64,000 bases of DNA, taken from Cenococcum geophilum. Its lineage: Eukaryota. The notes under the pieces are model-generated. The model was not told the origin of the DNA and did no database searches. It saw nothing but the letters and a program-made list of their open reading frames with translations. The stretch is from NCBI GenBank assembly GCA_050273025.1, contig CP158636.1:4712001-4776000 (forward strand), read 5' to 3'. Positions 38,640-50,885 of this stretch are shown piece by piece (within the stretch, counting starts at the first letter, position 1; each line of letters begins with the position of its first letter). A program made the translations under genes and the position numbers.

Positions 38640-38795
38640 GTGGTATAAGGTTAAAGCTATACTACGCTATAAGTCTATTAAAAACAAGCTTTAATATAAA
38701 GTTAAATGGCTAGGCTAGCCTATTAAGGACTCTATATATAAACTAGAGAATTACTTTAATTATTATAAAGATATTTTAAAAGAATATTGGGACTA
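38640..38795 (+). pseudogene. RIP-mutated chromodomain-coding fragment
   Basis: Reads ...KNKL*YKVKWLG*PIKDSIYKLENYF; reverting RIP changes gives QYKVKWLGWP...S.YEPE, a chromodomain pattern. Confidence 0.55.
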
Positions 38796-39558
38796 AGGTC
38801 TACAATCTATAAATTATAAAAAGCGCTTTAATACTATAGTGTTATCGCGACCTATAAAGAAAGCTTATAGTAGGCCGTAAGAGGCCCTAAAGAGTAAATA
38901 GGTTAAATTAGATATAGAAAAATAGGCTCTAAAAACTATAAAGATTAGGGCTATAGCCTAAGGCAGAATAGGTCCTTAGCCTTTTTATATATATAGCATA
39001 GAGTTAATAGGGCATTTTACTAGAATTGTATTCCTATTTATTAATTTATAATAGGAACACTATTTCTAGGGCTCCTAAGCCCTTTTTAAAGCCTTATAAG
39101 GCCTTTTTAAGTACCTAATTAAGGTCTTTAATTACTACTATATATAAGAAGAAATCCTAAACTCTATAAGTCTAAACTGTAAATACCTAAAACTACTACG
39201 CCTTATTTTTAAATGTAGGATTAGTATTTATTAGCCTACTAAGTAACGGCTAATAGGAATAAGATCCCTTTATAGAAGTATAAGTAGGTATAAAAATAGG
39301 GGTAGGATAATAAGGTATAGCAGAAGCAAAGATGCTTAAACGCTTAATACTAATATTAGGTCTAAACTAATATTAATAAAGCTCTTAGGGTATAAGCTTA
39401 TAGTTAATAAAGATATACTTAAGCTTAGAATAAACAGAGATATTAGCTAGCTAGTATAGTTTAGAACTACTAAGACCTTACTATAGCAACTATTATAGGA
39501 GGGTACGGTATCTCTTAGATGGAAAGTTAACAGTGCTATTAAGCTGTCAGTTTATTAG

Positions 39559-42500
39559 TATTACAGTGCTGCAATAAAGTAGATTAAATAACTACGTTAT
39601 AGTATAAAGAAGGGAAGAAGGTGGAAAGGGGGTATTATATATAAATAGTAGGGCCAGCCGCCAAGTCGCTAGTGGTAGGCTAGCTAATAGTAGGAAATAG
39701 TATAAGATAGTATAAAACAGTATACGTTAGGTTAGTGCCATAACAGTACTCCTCTCCCCTAGATAGTTTAGTCCCTAAACTAAATAGATAACTTAAAAAT
39801 AGGCAGTATATGGGGTTGCCTATTTTTTACTACAAAGATATTAGTTCCGCTTACCGCCCTTAATTAAGCTAATGGCGATTTTCTATACCGGGCATAGGAA
39901 ATCCTAATTGGTTAGTTTAGTAAGTAAGGTCGGCAGAACTCTACACCGCCACCCAAATTAATCCATATGGTGTTTCTTGGCGAGAATTTAGCTAATTAGA
40001 TAACTTTAACTGCCGGTTAAAGTTCTATAATATCTTAACCACCACAAATTTTAATACGGTGGTCGGCCGCGACCTTAGCGTGACTTTTCCTTATTTTATA
40101 CCTAGTCTAGGGGTCCTAGCTTCTTAGGGTGTTGCTTATAGAAGCGCTATATAGCTTATTTACAACCCTTTAGGTCTTCCTCTAGCTGCTAGGTTATATC
40201 CTTATAATATTTCCATTTAATCTTATAAGTTAGGCCCTAGGGGTCTTCGTTATATATATTAAGGATTTTTTTTAAACTCCTATTTATCTTCTATGTTGCT
40301 ATTATTGTCTCTCTCTACCACTCGTCCTTATATATTATAGCGCTTTATAGTATTAATATTTGCTTAGCTAGGGATCTTTTTAGTAGCCTAGAGGCGGACC
40401 TTAGATATATAAAAGGTTTTATTTACTTAGATATGGTCTAGAAGGTCTACTATAACTACTCCTTAGTATACTGCGAGTATAGGGTATAGGCCGTCCTATT
40501 TATTATCCCATTTCTTCTTAGGTCTATTTATCTTTATATTTTTTAAGCTAACTATAACTATATCGCCTTCGTAGAATAACGCGCTCTTATCCCTATAGGT
40601 ATTAGTATTATCTTTATAGCGTTACTATAAAATCTAGGCTAAGGCCTTAAGCTATATTAATATCCGCTCAAAGCGGTTGGCCATAAAGTTTACGTAGAAG
40701 AACTCCTTCTTTACTTATACTGATAGTATTAGTAGGTAGGGGCTAGCAGGCTTAATTCCGAGGTAAGGGTTAAAGCCATAGTTTATAAAAAATGGGGAGA
40801 TGCCTATACTCTCATTAACTTAGTTATTCGTAATAAACTTAGCGAGCGGTAGGTAGTTAACCTAGTCGTCCTATATAAAGCTAATAAAAGTATAGAGGTA
40901 TTTATTTATGGCAGCGTTAATAATTTTAGTTTAGCTATTTGTTTCTAGGTGCTAGGCTAAGCTTAGTTATAAGGTTGTCTTAAGGCGTTTACTTAATTAT
41001 TGCTAGAAGTTGCTAACAAATTATATATCGTAATTAGAGATAATTGTGCTTAGTGCACTATAGAGCTTATATATGTTGTTAACAAAGCTATTAACTAGCT
41101 CCTTTATTAAGAGTCCTGTTACTAAAACAAGGTATTCTATTTTAGTTAGGCGGTCTATAATAATAAGGATATATTTATATACCTTACTATAGCGTTAGTA
41201 TACCGGCAGCGTTATAATATAGTTAATTAAGATATTAGTCTACGGGTAAGTGGGTAATTTTAGTAGCTTTAAAAAACCGGGTAGGGTAAAACGGGGGGTC
41301 TTAGTATAAAAGTATAGGGCGTAGTTTTTAACGAAGGTAGCTATAAACTAGGAGATTCCTAGCCACTAATATATTTAGTTTAAAAGGTTAAGAGTCTTAA
41401 CCTAGCTAGGGTAACTAGCGGGGCCGCTGCTATAAGAGCGATAGGTAACTTCTAGGTAGAGGTCTAGGGCGTTAGGGACAAAGAGACGTTAGTAGAAGTA
41501 GATCTATCCGTTAATAATACTATATTCTAACTTGTTGTAATAAAGTAACTTCCTAATCTTCTTTAGCTAACGGCGAGCTTTTCAATTATATATAGCTGCT
41601 ACTATATCTCTTATAAGTTTGTTCTTCTAGTATCCTAGCTAGATTAACTCGTCTAATGACTTTTCGGCTATTTTAGGGTCTAGAGCGGCTATAAACTCCG
41701 CATTGTTAGAGTTATAGGACTTATATAGTAATTCTTTTAAGATTATAGGGTTAACTTTCTAGGGCGGTATAACGACTTAGGCTTAGTAGCGGAGGCGTTT
41801 ATTATTGGCGTCCTTAGGCCTTATTCCTAGTAGCCAGCTTAAGGCATTAGAGAGTATAGCTTTGCTGCTAGGTCTATATATAATTATAAAGTTAAACTAT
41901 AAAAGGAACTCTGCCTACTAGACTTAGCGCTAATTTAGCTACTTAGTAGTTATAAACGTCTATAGGTTCTTATAGTCGGTAATAATTTTAAACGGCTCCT
42001 TAGTCCCTTATAGCTTAGGACGCCATTCCTCTAAAGCCTTAATAATAGCTAAGAGTTCTTTATTATAGATCTTATAGTTATATTCTAGCGTAGAGTGCTT
42101 TACAAAGAAGAATGCAACCAGTTTTAATTTTCCGTTATTATTATACTGGGAAAGAACTCCACTGGAAGCCTAATTTAATATATCTGTCTCTACCACTGTT
42201 TTCTTTATATAGTTATAGTATGCTAGTACTAGTGCTAAAGTAAAGGCTCCCTTAAGGGCCTTAAACGATTTAGCTTATTTTAGTCCCTATAGCTATTTAA
42301 TATCCTTCTTTAGGAGTTTTATTATAGGTGTAGCGATAGCAGAGTAGCCTTAAATAAATCGTTAGTAGAAGTTCGCAAAGCTAAGAAATTATTATAGTTC
42401 TTTAATTAATGTCGGGTCTTTCTATTTCTATAAGGCCTATACCTTCTTAGGGTTTATAGTTATGCCATTAGTCAAGATAATTAAGCCAAGGTATTTTATT

Positions 42501-45500
42501 TTAGTAGAGTAAAACTTAAACTTATTAATATTAATCTAAAGTCCAGTATTACCAAGTCTTTAAATAATTTTATTTATATGCTTAGTATGCTTAGCGCATA
42601 TTTTAGAAAAGATAAGGATGTTATTAAGGTAGGCAGTATAGTAGTTATTAAGGGCATTATATAGAATATAGTTAATATAGTTCTAGAATATAGCGAGTGC
42701 GTTATAGAGGCTAAATAGTATAACTAGTATCTTATAGAGTCTAAACTGGGTAATAAATGTTATAAGCCACTTATAGCCCTCTATAATCCGGATCCGGTTA
42801 AACGCAGTAATTATATTAAGTTTAGTAAAGTACTTAGTACTATAAAGTGCGTCAAGTGTCTCGCGGATTAGTAGCAGTAGGTATTAATTTTTAATAGTGA
42901 CTATGTTTAGGCCTTGGTAGTTATAGTAGATTCGCATACCGCCGCCAGGCTTAGCAGTAAGGAGGAGTAGTACAGTAGCTAGTAAGGTTAATTCGCAGAT
43001 AAAACCCTTATCTAGTATTTTATTAATCCACTTCTTTATATACCTAAGTTTAGTAGGTAAGAGTGGTCTATTTTTATAGTATAGGGCCTAGTTTCTAGGG
43101 GTAATCTCAATTTTATGGTCCTATAGTTAGTAAGGGGGCAGTTTATCTGCGTTTTTAGGGAGGAAGTACTTAATATATTTACTAAACTCTTTTAATAGAC
43201 ATTATAGAATGTCTTCGCGGGTTAATCCTGGTTTGCCTTTTAGGAATTTTTTAATATTAGTGTCGACTATCTTCCAACGTAAAAGCTTGGGTTTAGTTTT
43301 TAGATTTATCTTAAGGAAGTTATAGAAATAGGGGGGGAGCACTTTACAGGCTTCCTTTATTGTATAGTCGCCTTCCACTAGCCGGCAAAAAGACCTTTTT
43401 AATAGGTTTAGTACTTCTATTAGGCCTATAGGCAGCTCTTTAAGCAGCTATTAGTGCTTATCTTGTTTAACTAGTTCTACTAGCTCTGCTATATAAATCC
43501 TTATTACCTTTATATCTTTTTATTTATAGAACTAGGTAAAATTAATAGTATAAGTATATTTAATATCGTCTAGGTTAGGGCGTGTCTAGTTCTTTAGTGC
43601 TATAGCTAGGCTAGCACGGCTTAGTTAGCCTAGGGGGGCGGAAATAAAGCGGTGGCCCTATATAGTACGCGCGGGAAATAGGTATAAGGTTAGGCGTTAT
43701 AGTAGCGCGGTTTTTATTATCTAGGTCTTAGTAGTTCTATAGCCAGTCCTTACTATAACGCGAGCTGTAGTATACGTATATAGCATATAGCTTAGTTCTA
43801 GGTATTAGGCTAGGCAGCTAGGGTTTAAGTAGTACCTAGGTTAGGGTTAGATTTTTAGTAGTAGCGGCGCAAAGCGGACCTTTTTCCTTAGTCTCGGCAG
43901 GGCTAGCTAGCCCGTCATTTTGGTCTTAAGTGCTAGGGTAGTCTAGTCTTTTACTATTTTGTTTCTTTATAGCTATATAGGCTCCCCTTTATTAGGAATA
44001 TCTTCTATTATTAGGGCTTTATATATAGCCCTAGGCACTAGGCTTAGTAGTGCTGAGTATCTATATAGGGCGTCCCTACTAACGTTAGTTATCCCCTATG
44101 GGAGGCAGTGCCTAGAGTAGTAGTCTAAGTTAAAGCGGATCTTAAGTTTCTTAAAGCTAGAATAGGGCTTATACTTCTAAAGCTAGGGCATACCTAGGAT
44201 AATTAGGGTAGTAGGTAAGAGTTTAGTAATAAAAAAGAGCATAGCTTTAGTATAGAGGCCGATTAATATTTAGGTGGTAAAGTAGTCCGTAATAAGCAAA
44301 GTTAGAATACTATCTGCGAGGCGTAGTGGCCTAGGTGCTAGCAGCTTCTTAATTATAATATTATACTTTCTTATAATAGACTCTATGTTAATAAATACTA
44401 TTATAGTACTACCGGAGTCTACTAGGCTTACTATATTAATATAAACTTAGGGGTATAGGTTACGTAATAAGGAGAGTTAGGTTTAAATAAGGATTGATTT
44501 CTTATTACTGTTTGCTAATCTAAGATTAAGTAGCAGTTTACTAATAGAAAGGACTAATTAATCTAGTAATAGGGACCTAATCTTCTCGTCTTCCTCCTTA
44601 TATGGTTTAGACCCTTAAACGCAACTTAGTCTAAGGGTTTACCTTTTAACGACTAGGGTATAAAGCTGTCTTAGTAGGGCGGTCTAGTATCTGTCTAGCT
44701 AGCGGTATCAGTCTTGGTTTTAGTTAGGGTATAGGAAAATAATACCTCGCTAATAATATGGTTATGTTTATATTCGCTAGTATAAAGTCGCTAATACTAG
44801 GCGTTGTTAATGGGTTAGGCTCCTATATAGGGTATAGTTTAAAGTAACTAAGTTATAGGGTTAAAGGGGGGGGGTTATCTGCCGCGGCTATAATAGGCTC
44901 CGTAGTTGCCACATCTATAATAGACTCTACGGTCGCTACGTCTATGGTTATTAGTTTATATCGTTTAATGGGGTGGCATTAGGACTAGGTTTACTATCTT
45001 AGTAGGGTTATAAATATCCTTTTAGTGGCCGGGTAGGCTATAGGCAAGGTATAGTCTATTATTAACGCGGCGCTTATATTCCGTATTTAAGATTCTATTA
45101 AGGTTTATAGGTTCTTTAGTTACTATTAGGGTTAGGGTTAATATAGGGGTAGGGGCTTAGGTAGGTAGGCGGTAGTTAGCGTTCTTCTTAAGGTTAGCTT
45201 AGTGTGTATAGTTTATAAGGTTTTTAGCAAATATATCTATCTACTTACTCTAACCTATATAGTTACTATTATTAATTTTATAGGCAAGTCTAAGTACCAG
45301 CTTTTCTATCTTTAGAGAAATAAACTTTTAGAGTAGGTCTACCTTCTATTTGTCTATCTTCTTAGCGCGGACTATTAGCTTATTAAGCTCTCCCTTTTAG
45401 AACTAGTAATTACACTCGCCCTAGGGGAAATAGTTAAGCTTATTTTTTATAACTTAGGTTATATTAAGGACCTTATAGTAGGTAGTAAGGTCTTTAAGCA

Positions 45501-46663
45501 TATCTTCCTTAGTAGGCCATTTCTATATAGATGTGTTATTTAGGTTCTCGTGTATAAGCTCTAGGCTGTTACGGCTCCGTAACGGATCTAGTCAGGGAGC
45601 TCGCTTGAGCCTTGGCATATGTATATAGACGTGTCCTTTTCCACCTTCTGCTCCTCATCTTGATATCCGGGTCCATAGACATTCCAATTGTACAGGCTTG
45701 CATACGTTCTAAACGGCGCTCGTGCCTCGATTGACTGAGTCGCTGTGACATAGGCCCTACTTAATAAACTTATAGGCCTTGTCCTTTAGTATATCTAAGA
45801 TATAAAGGATCTAGGACTAAACTATATTAAAGTAGTCCTAATCCCAGTTAAAAACTCCCTTAATCTTAATATGCTAAGTCTTAAAATTAGCTTATTATTC
45901 TAGCGGGGTGCCTTTTCCGCTAAATATTGGCGGGTCTTTAGATCTCCGTTTTTTCTGCTAGGTTACTACCGTTGTTATAGGGGTTAATTATTTTAGAACG
46001 GTAATAGTTTCTACTTAGGAGTTAATAGTTTCTGTCTAGGAAGCAATAAGGGCACTAAAGTTTTTGTTAGCTTTCTTATTAGCGGTGTTTGTGTTATATA
46101 TATACTATAGTCCTACTTTAATATTACTAAGGAACTTGTTGGTATAGTTAATAAGGGTAAGGTAAGCTTTACTAGGCTTAAAGGTCTTAGGGTATAGTAG
46201 GGAGCGGTGGATTATCTACGCAATATTGGGGTATATCTCTATAAAGAGGTTTATAAAAACGTTATGGGGGTTCTAGGTTTCGACTATTTTAGCGTCATTA
46301 GTGTTGCCTATTTAGGCGCTAGGTAAAAACTAAGGATTATTTTAGGACTATGCTAGGGACGTATTAGTTTTAGTAGGGGTGTGTATAGGTCGCGATTACT
46401 CTAGGGTAAAGGTTAATTAGCTAGGGTATAGGGAATTAGTAATCGCGATAGGGCGCAAATTAAAGATACTATAAACTATTATAGTGCTATAATAAAGTAG
46501 ACTAAATAACTACGTTATAGTATAAAGAAGAGAAGAAGGTAGAAAGGGGGTATTGTATATAAATAGTAGGGCCAGCTACTAAGTCGCTAGTAGTAGGTTA
46601 GCTAATAGTAGGAAATAGTATAAGATAGTATAAAATAGTATGCGTTAGGTTAGTGCCGTAACA
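39559..46663 (-). mobile_element. Full-length Ty3/Gypsy chromovirus LTR retrotransposon, RIP-inactivated
   Basis: 187-bp LTRs at 39559-39745 and 46477-46663; 5-bp TSD ATTAG on both sides; minus-strand PPT GGGGAGAGGAGTAC next to the 3' LTR. RT YLNNILI (=YLDDILI) ~42612-42635; integrase LA*HLETNS*TK (=SAWHPETDGQTE) ~40920-40965; chromodomain YKIKWK...T*QLEEDL ~40120-40285. Confidence 0.95.
45567..45750. mobile_element. Solo LTR (184 bp) nested in the Gypsy gag region
   Basis: TGTTAC...GTGACA ends with TSD TAGGC on both sides (45562-45566, 45751-45755); retains many CA/TG dinucleotides. Confidence 0.9.
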
Positions 46664-47861
46664 ATTAGTCTATTAGTTAGTTACAATTAATTAGAATTAA
46701 GTAGTAAGAAGAGAAAGAAAAGAGTATATTAAAGGAAAATTGTATATCTATTAGTGTCGCCTAAGTTATTAAAAACTTTAAAGGCTTTAGACTAACCTAT
46801 ATAACTATAGAAGGCCTAGGCTCTCCTAAAGCTACGCCTAATCTAGATATTAAATCTAAGGGGCTAAATTACACTACTATATACCTCCCCTATATTAGCG
46901 ACTTAGTTAATTAAGGTATAAGTATAGTAAGAGGGACGTATAAGCCTATTACGGCACCGTTATAGACCCTAGTTAGGGGCTCGCTTAGAGACTTAGCGCC
47001 TATATATAGACGTGTTCTTTCCTCAACCTTCTCTACTCCTTAGCTTAGTATCTTTATAATACAGCATTTGTTTAAGCTTTAGTTTAAAGGCATTTATTTA
47101 AGCCGTAATATTATACTAAGCTTACCTACCTAGGGGGGACTTTATTTGTTTTAAAGCTCCCTCTTTACCTTGCCTAGGAAGGCCTAGATAATCTCCTACC
47201 CCTATTTTGCGTATTCTAAGAGGATACGCGTTAAACACCCCTAGCTGCGCGTTATCGACGCGTTAAGTCGCTATTATTAATACTAGGAGCCGGTATTTAA
47301 GCAGCTAGAAGGTCTCCTATAGATAAGGATAACTACCTAAAAAGGTAATAATATCCTACCCCTTTAACCTTTTTAACTAACACGGAGTTATATAAGCTAT
47401 AGAGACGATCTTAGTTAAGACTTAGCCTAGTACTATAGAGAATAATATAGTAATCCTATTACTAAGCCTAGCACTAATCCCATAGTGTTAGCTAAGATAA
47501 GCTGAGACATAACCTAAGCCGTGCTATTGGGCGGTAGGTGTATGTTATCCGCGAAGTCCTCTAGTATATATTAGGTTTGGGCCGACAGCTAAGATAAGCT
47601 AACTTATAACCCGCGCCATGCTATTAGGCAGTAGGTGTATATTGTTTACAAAGTCCTCTAAAACAAATCCTACCCGTATCCTCTGGCTACTACTACACTA
47701 TAATAACTACCCTAATTAATACTAAGCTATACGAGGAGAGACAAAATCGATTAGGAAGGACTTAACGCTGGTACTATACTGCTACCCTAAACCCCAAACC
47801 TAATAACCTGTTGTGCTAATATGCCTGCGACACTATAAACTAGACCACGGCTGTGCCGATA

Positions 47862-48278
47862 ACGTGTCTTACTAGTTAGTAGCGCACCCTAAAAACCTAC
47901 TAAAAATTAGAAAAACTACACCTTAATATTTTAATAATGGCTTAATAATAAATACCAAAATTTTATAATTAGCCTTTTATACCTATTTTAAACCTCTTAT
48001 TAGATTTAAAAAATAATCTATTAAGTAGCTCTGGAGATATTACGGATATTGTAATTTAGCTTAAAATTGGGGGCTAAAACCTAATATCTAAATATTGGCC
48101 AGACTTATTATACTAGAACTTATTAGGGGTCTTAATATAGGCGTAAAAGGCTAATTATAAAATTTTAGAATTTATTATTAAGCCGTTATCGAGATATTAA
48201 GGTGTAGTTTTTCTAACTTTTGGTAGGTTTTTGGGGTGCGCTACTAACTGGTGTGCGCCACTGACTGGTGAGATACGT
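47862..48278. mobile_element. Tc1/mariner (pogo/Fot1-type) MITE with long TIRs
   Basis: ACGT...ACGT termini, ~150-bp inverted arms and TA duplication; it splits a host repeat unit GCCGATA|TGCC. Confidence 0.85.
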
Positions 48279-48294
48279 TATGCCTACAGCCCTA

Positions 48295-49150
48295 CTGACT
48301 AAACGATCGCGCCGATACGCCTGCGATACGCCTGCGATTTGAATGCGGCCTGAACGTGCTTTGAACCTAAACCGACCGTATGATCGCGCTGATATGCCTG
48401 CGATCGAACCAGATAACTGTTGCGCCTATACGCCTGCGACCTAACAAGAAACTCGTGCCGATACGTATACAAGCCGATAAGACTCCGTGCCGATTTGCCT
48501 ACGGAATATAACCCTATTGCTAGCATTATACTGCCGCCCGAACGACCCCGTTGCTGGCACCGTACTGCTACCTAAATTGATAAGCTCCGCGCCGATACGC
48601 CTGTGGAACTACAACCTGTTGACAAGACCTCGCGCCGATATGCCTGCGAGCCTAAACCTGTCGCTGGCACCGTACTGCTATTATAATAGACCCTTACTGC
48701 TCTGCCTGCAGTACTACTACTAAATTCTACTACTCTGCCTGTAGTAACAACTGTATATAAGGGAGAGCTTTGCCCCTTAGAATACGACTACTACCGCTAG
48801 TACTGTACTGCTATTTGAACCAACAAAACCTTATACCGATACGCCTGCGAGCTAAACTATAAACCAGACAATAATAGCGCCGATATGCCTGCTATTATAA
48901 TAGACCCCTACTGCTTTGCCTGCAGCTAACTAACCCTTACTGCTTAATTAGCAGCTGACCGACCCTTACTGCTCTGCCTATAGCTAATTGACTACTTACT
49001 ACCCTGCCTGCAGCTAACCAACTTCTACTACCTTGCTTATAGTAATAACTATATATAAAGAGAGCTTTACTCCTTAGAATACGACCCCGCCGCTAGTATT
49101 ATACTACTACTAAATAGATAAGAGCTCGTGCTAATATATATACGAGCTAT
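48295..49150. repeat. Degenerate short tandem repeats (core GCCGATAYGCCTGCGA; GACCCYTACTGCT...CCTGCAG)
   Basis: The core recurs many times at ~30-40-bp spacing inside the non-autonomous LTR element. Confidence 0.75.
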
Positions 49151-49693
49151 AACTGTCTAACCCTCCTACCCTTATTAAAACTTTTTCACCTACCTTTTTA
49201 TAAGAGGGGGATTAAGGGGGCTTTTTTTTTTATAGCTTAGGGCGCGCTATAATAAAAGGGGAGATAGTAGAGCTAGGAGGTACTAGAGTTTTAAAGAAGG
49301 AACGATAACTAATAGAGGGCTCCTAGCGATATACCTTTTATAGTAGTAGGAGCTATAGGACAGCTGCCTGCCCTATATTAACTAGGTATAGTAATATACC
49401 CCTTATAGAAGCTATAGGATGGCTACCTACCCTATATTAACTAGGTATAGTAATATACCCCTATAGTAGTAAAAGCTATAGAACTACTGTAAGTCCTAGG
49501 TTAACTAGCATCGCGATTAAGCGCCTATATACTAAATTTCTTTTTTTTTCTTTTCTTTCTTTTCTAATAAGGGGCTTATATAAAGCCTAAGGGCAGGCTT
49601 TCTTAAAGGAGGGGGTGATGTTATAGCACTGTTACAGACCCTAGTTAGGGGCTCGCTTAAAGACTTAGCGCCTATATATAGATGTGTCCTTTC

Positions 49694-49804
49694 TGTAATA
49701 GAACCTTATAGCAAGTACTACAATAGGCTTATTATTAGGCTAGGTGTATAGGTAATATAAATTAAAGTTAACAACGTAATAATAACTGGTGGAGTGGTTG
49801 CCTA
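49694..49804. mobile_element. Truncated LTR of the same family as 51691-52101, inserted in the previous LTR and itself interrupted
   Basis: TGTAATAGAACCTTATAGC...CTGGTGGAGTGGTTGCC aligns with 51691-51787, then similarity stops abruptly. Confidence 0.85.
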
Positions 49805-49975
49805 TATTAGGATTTTTTTTTTTTGGCTACGTTGTTATAAGCGAAAATCGGGGTCTGCAAAACCTGCGTAAGTCGCAATTTTAGCAATTTGCGGGCAATT
49901 TTGTAGCAATTTGCTATAAACACACAACCCTAATTTTCGGCCGCAATAACGTGGCTAAAAAAATTTCCTAATGTA
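49803..49975. repeat. ~170-bp foldback/palindrome at the left junction of the SNF2 unit
   Basis: TATATTAGGA(T)nGGCTACGTTGTTATAAGCGAAAAT is the imperfect inverse of ATTTTCGGCCGCAATAACGTGGCT(A)nTTTCCTAATGTA. Confidence 0.8.
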
Positions 49976-50025
49976 TAGGAAGTATAACCGTAGGGGTAGG
50001 CTAGTAGACCTCTCTTATTAAATAT

Positions 50026-50885
50026 AAAATTGCCATATATTAATAGGCATACTCCTAGTTCTTTAAGCGGCAAGTTAGCAGACTTCTATTATTAAGCATA
50101 AAATTACTATATATTGCCTAGTACATTGCCTAGTTCCTTAAGTGGCAAGTTAATATACTCCAATCATTAGGCATAAAACTGCTGTATATCGCCTGGCATA
50201 TCGCCTAGTTCCTTAAGCCATAAGCTAATAAACTTCTATTACTAAACGCAAAACTACTATATATTACCTGGCACATTGCCCGGTTCTTTAAGCAGTAAGC
50301 TAGCAGACTTCTACTACTAAGTATAAAGTTGCCGTATATTGCTAGGCATATTACCCAATTCTTTAAATTATAAGCTAGCAGGCGTCGCCTATTAGTAGAG
50401 TATTTTAATATATTAGCTCGTATATTACCTAGTTCCTACATTATAAGCTAGTAGACTTATTACATTAACAAAGCACCACAATATATCGCCTAGCGTATTA
50501 CTTGGGTCCTTAAATAGCAAGCTAGCAGTTATCGCTTATTACTAAAGCACTGCGATATATCCGGTCGCTTATTGCCTAGTTCCTTAAATAGCAAGATAGT
50601 AAACTTCTCTTATTAATATAAGAATTGCGGTATATTGCCGATATATTGCCCTATTTTATAAAAAATAACCTAATATACCTTCTATTAACTATAAGAAAGC
50701 AGTATATCGCTAAGAAACATTACTTACTCTATTAAAAAAACCCCTAGTATATACCTTCTATTAGCTATAAGACTGCGGCATATTGCCTACTATATTGCCT
50801 AATTCTTAAAATAATAGCCTAATATACTTCTTTTACTAAACAAGACTTTGTGGCAAATTGCCTAGCATATTACTTAATTCTGCGC
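50026..50885. repeat. Tandem array of 74/75-bp units (about 11-12), copy 1
   Basis: Unit ~AAATTGCYRTATATTGCCTAGYAYATTGCCTAGTTCCTTAAGCGGYAAGCTAGYAGACTTCYATYACTAAGCRY; starts at 50026, 50100, 50175, 50250, 50325 and onward, diverging to the right. Confidence 0.9.

Larger units (their letters stand above)
46947..49693 (+). mobile_element. Non-autonomous LTR retroelement (~2.7 kb) with interrupted 3' LTR
   Basis: 5' LTR 46947-47110. A PPT (AAAGGAGGGGG) precedes a second copy of the LTR starting at 49619, which is broken at 49693. The interior is short tandem repeats; no RT motifs seen. Confidence 0.8.

Noticed and set aside
45569..45751. 60-aa ORF in the AT block (also 48299-48723, 54098-54310, 63567-63833)
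   Set aside because: Chance frames within an LTR, tandem repeats, or antisense to RIPped genes.
50026..50885. CRISPR-like array
   Set aside because: Units are homologous along their full length with no unique spacers, and the context is eukaryotic with no cas genes.
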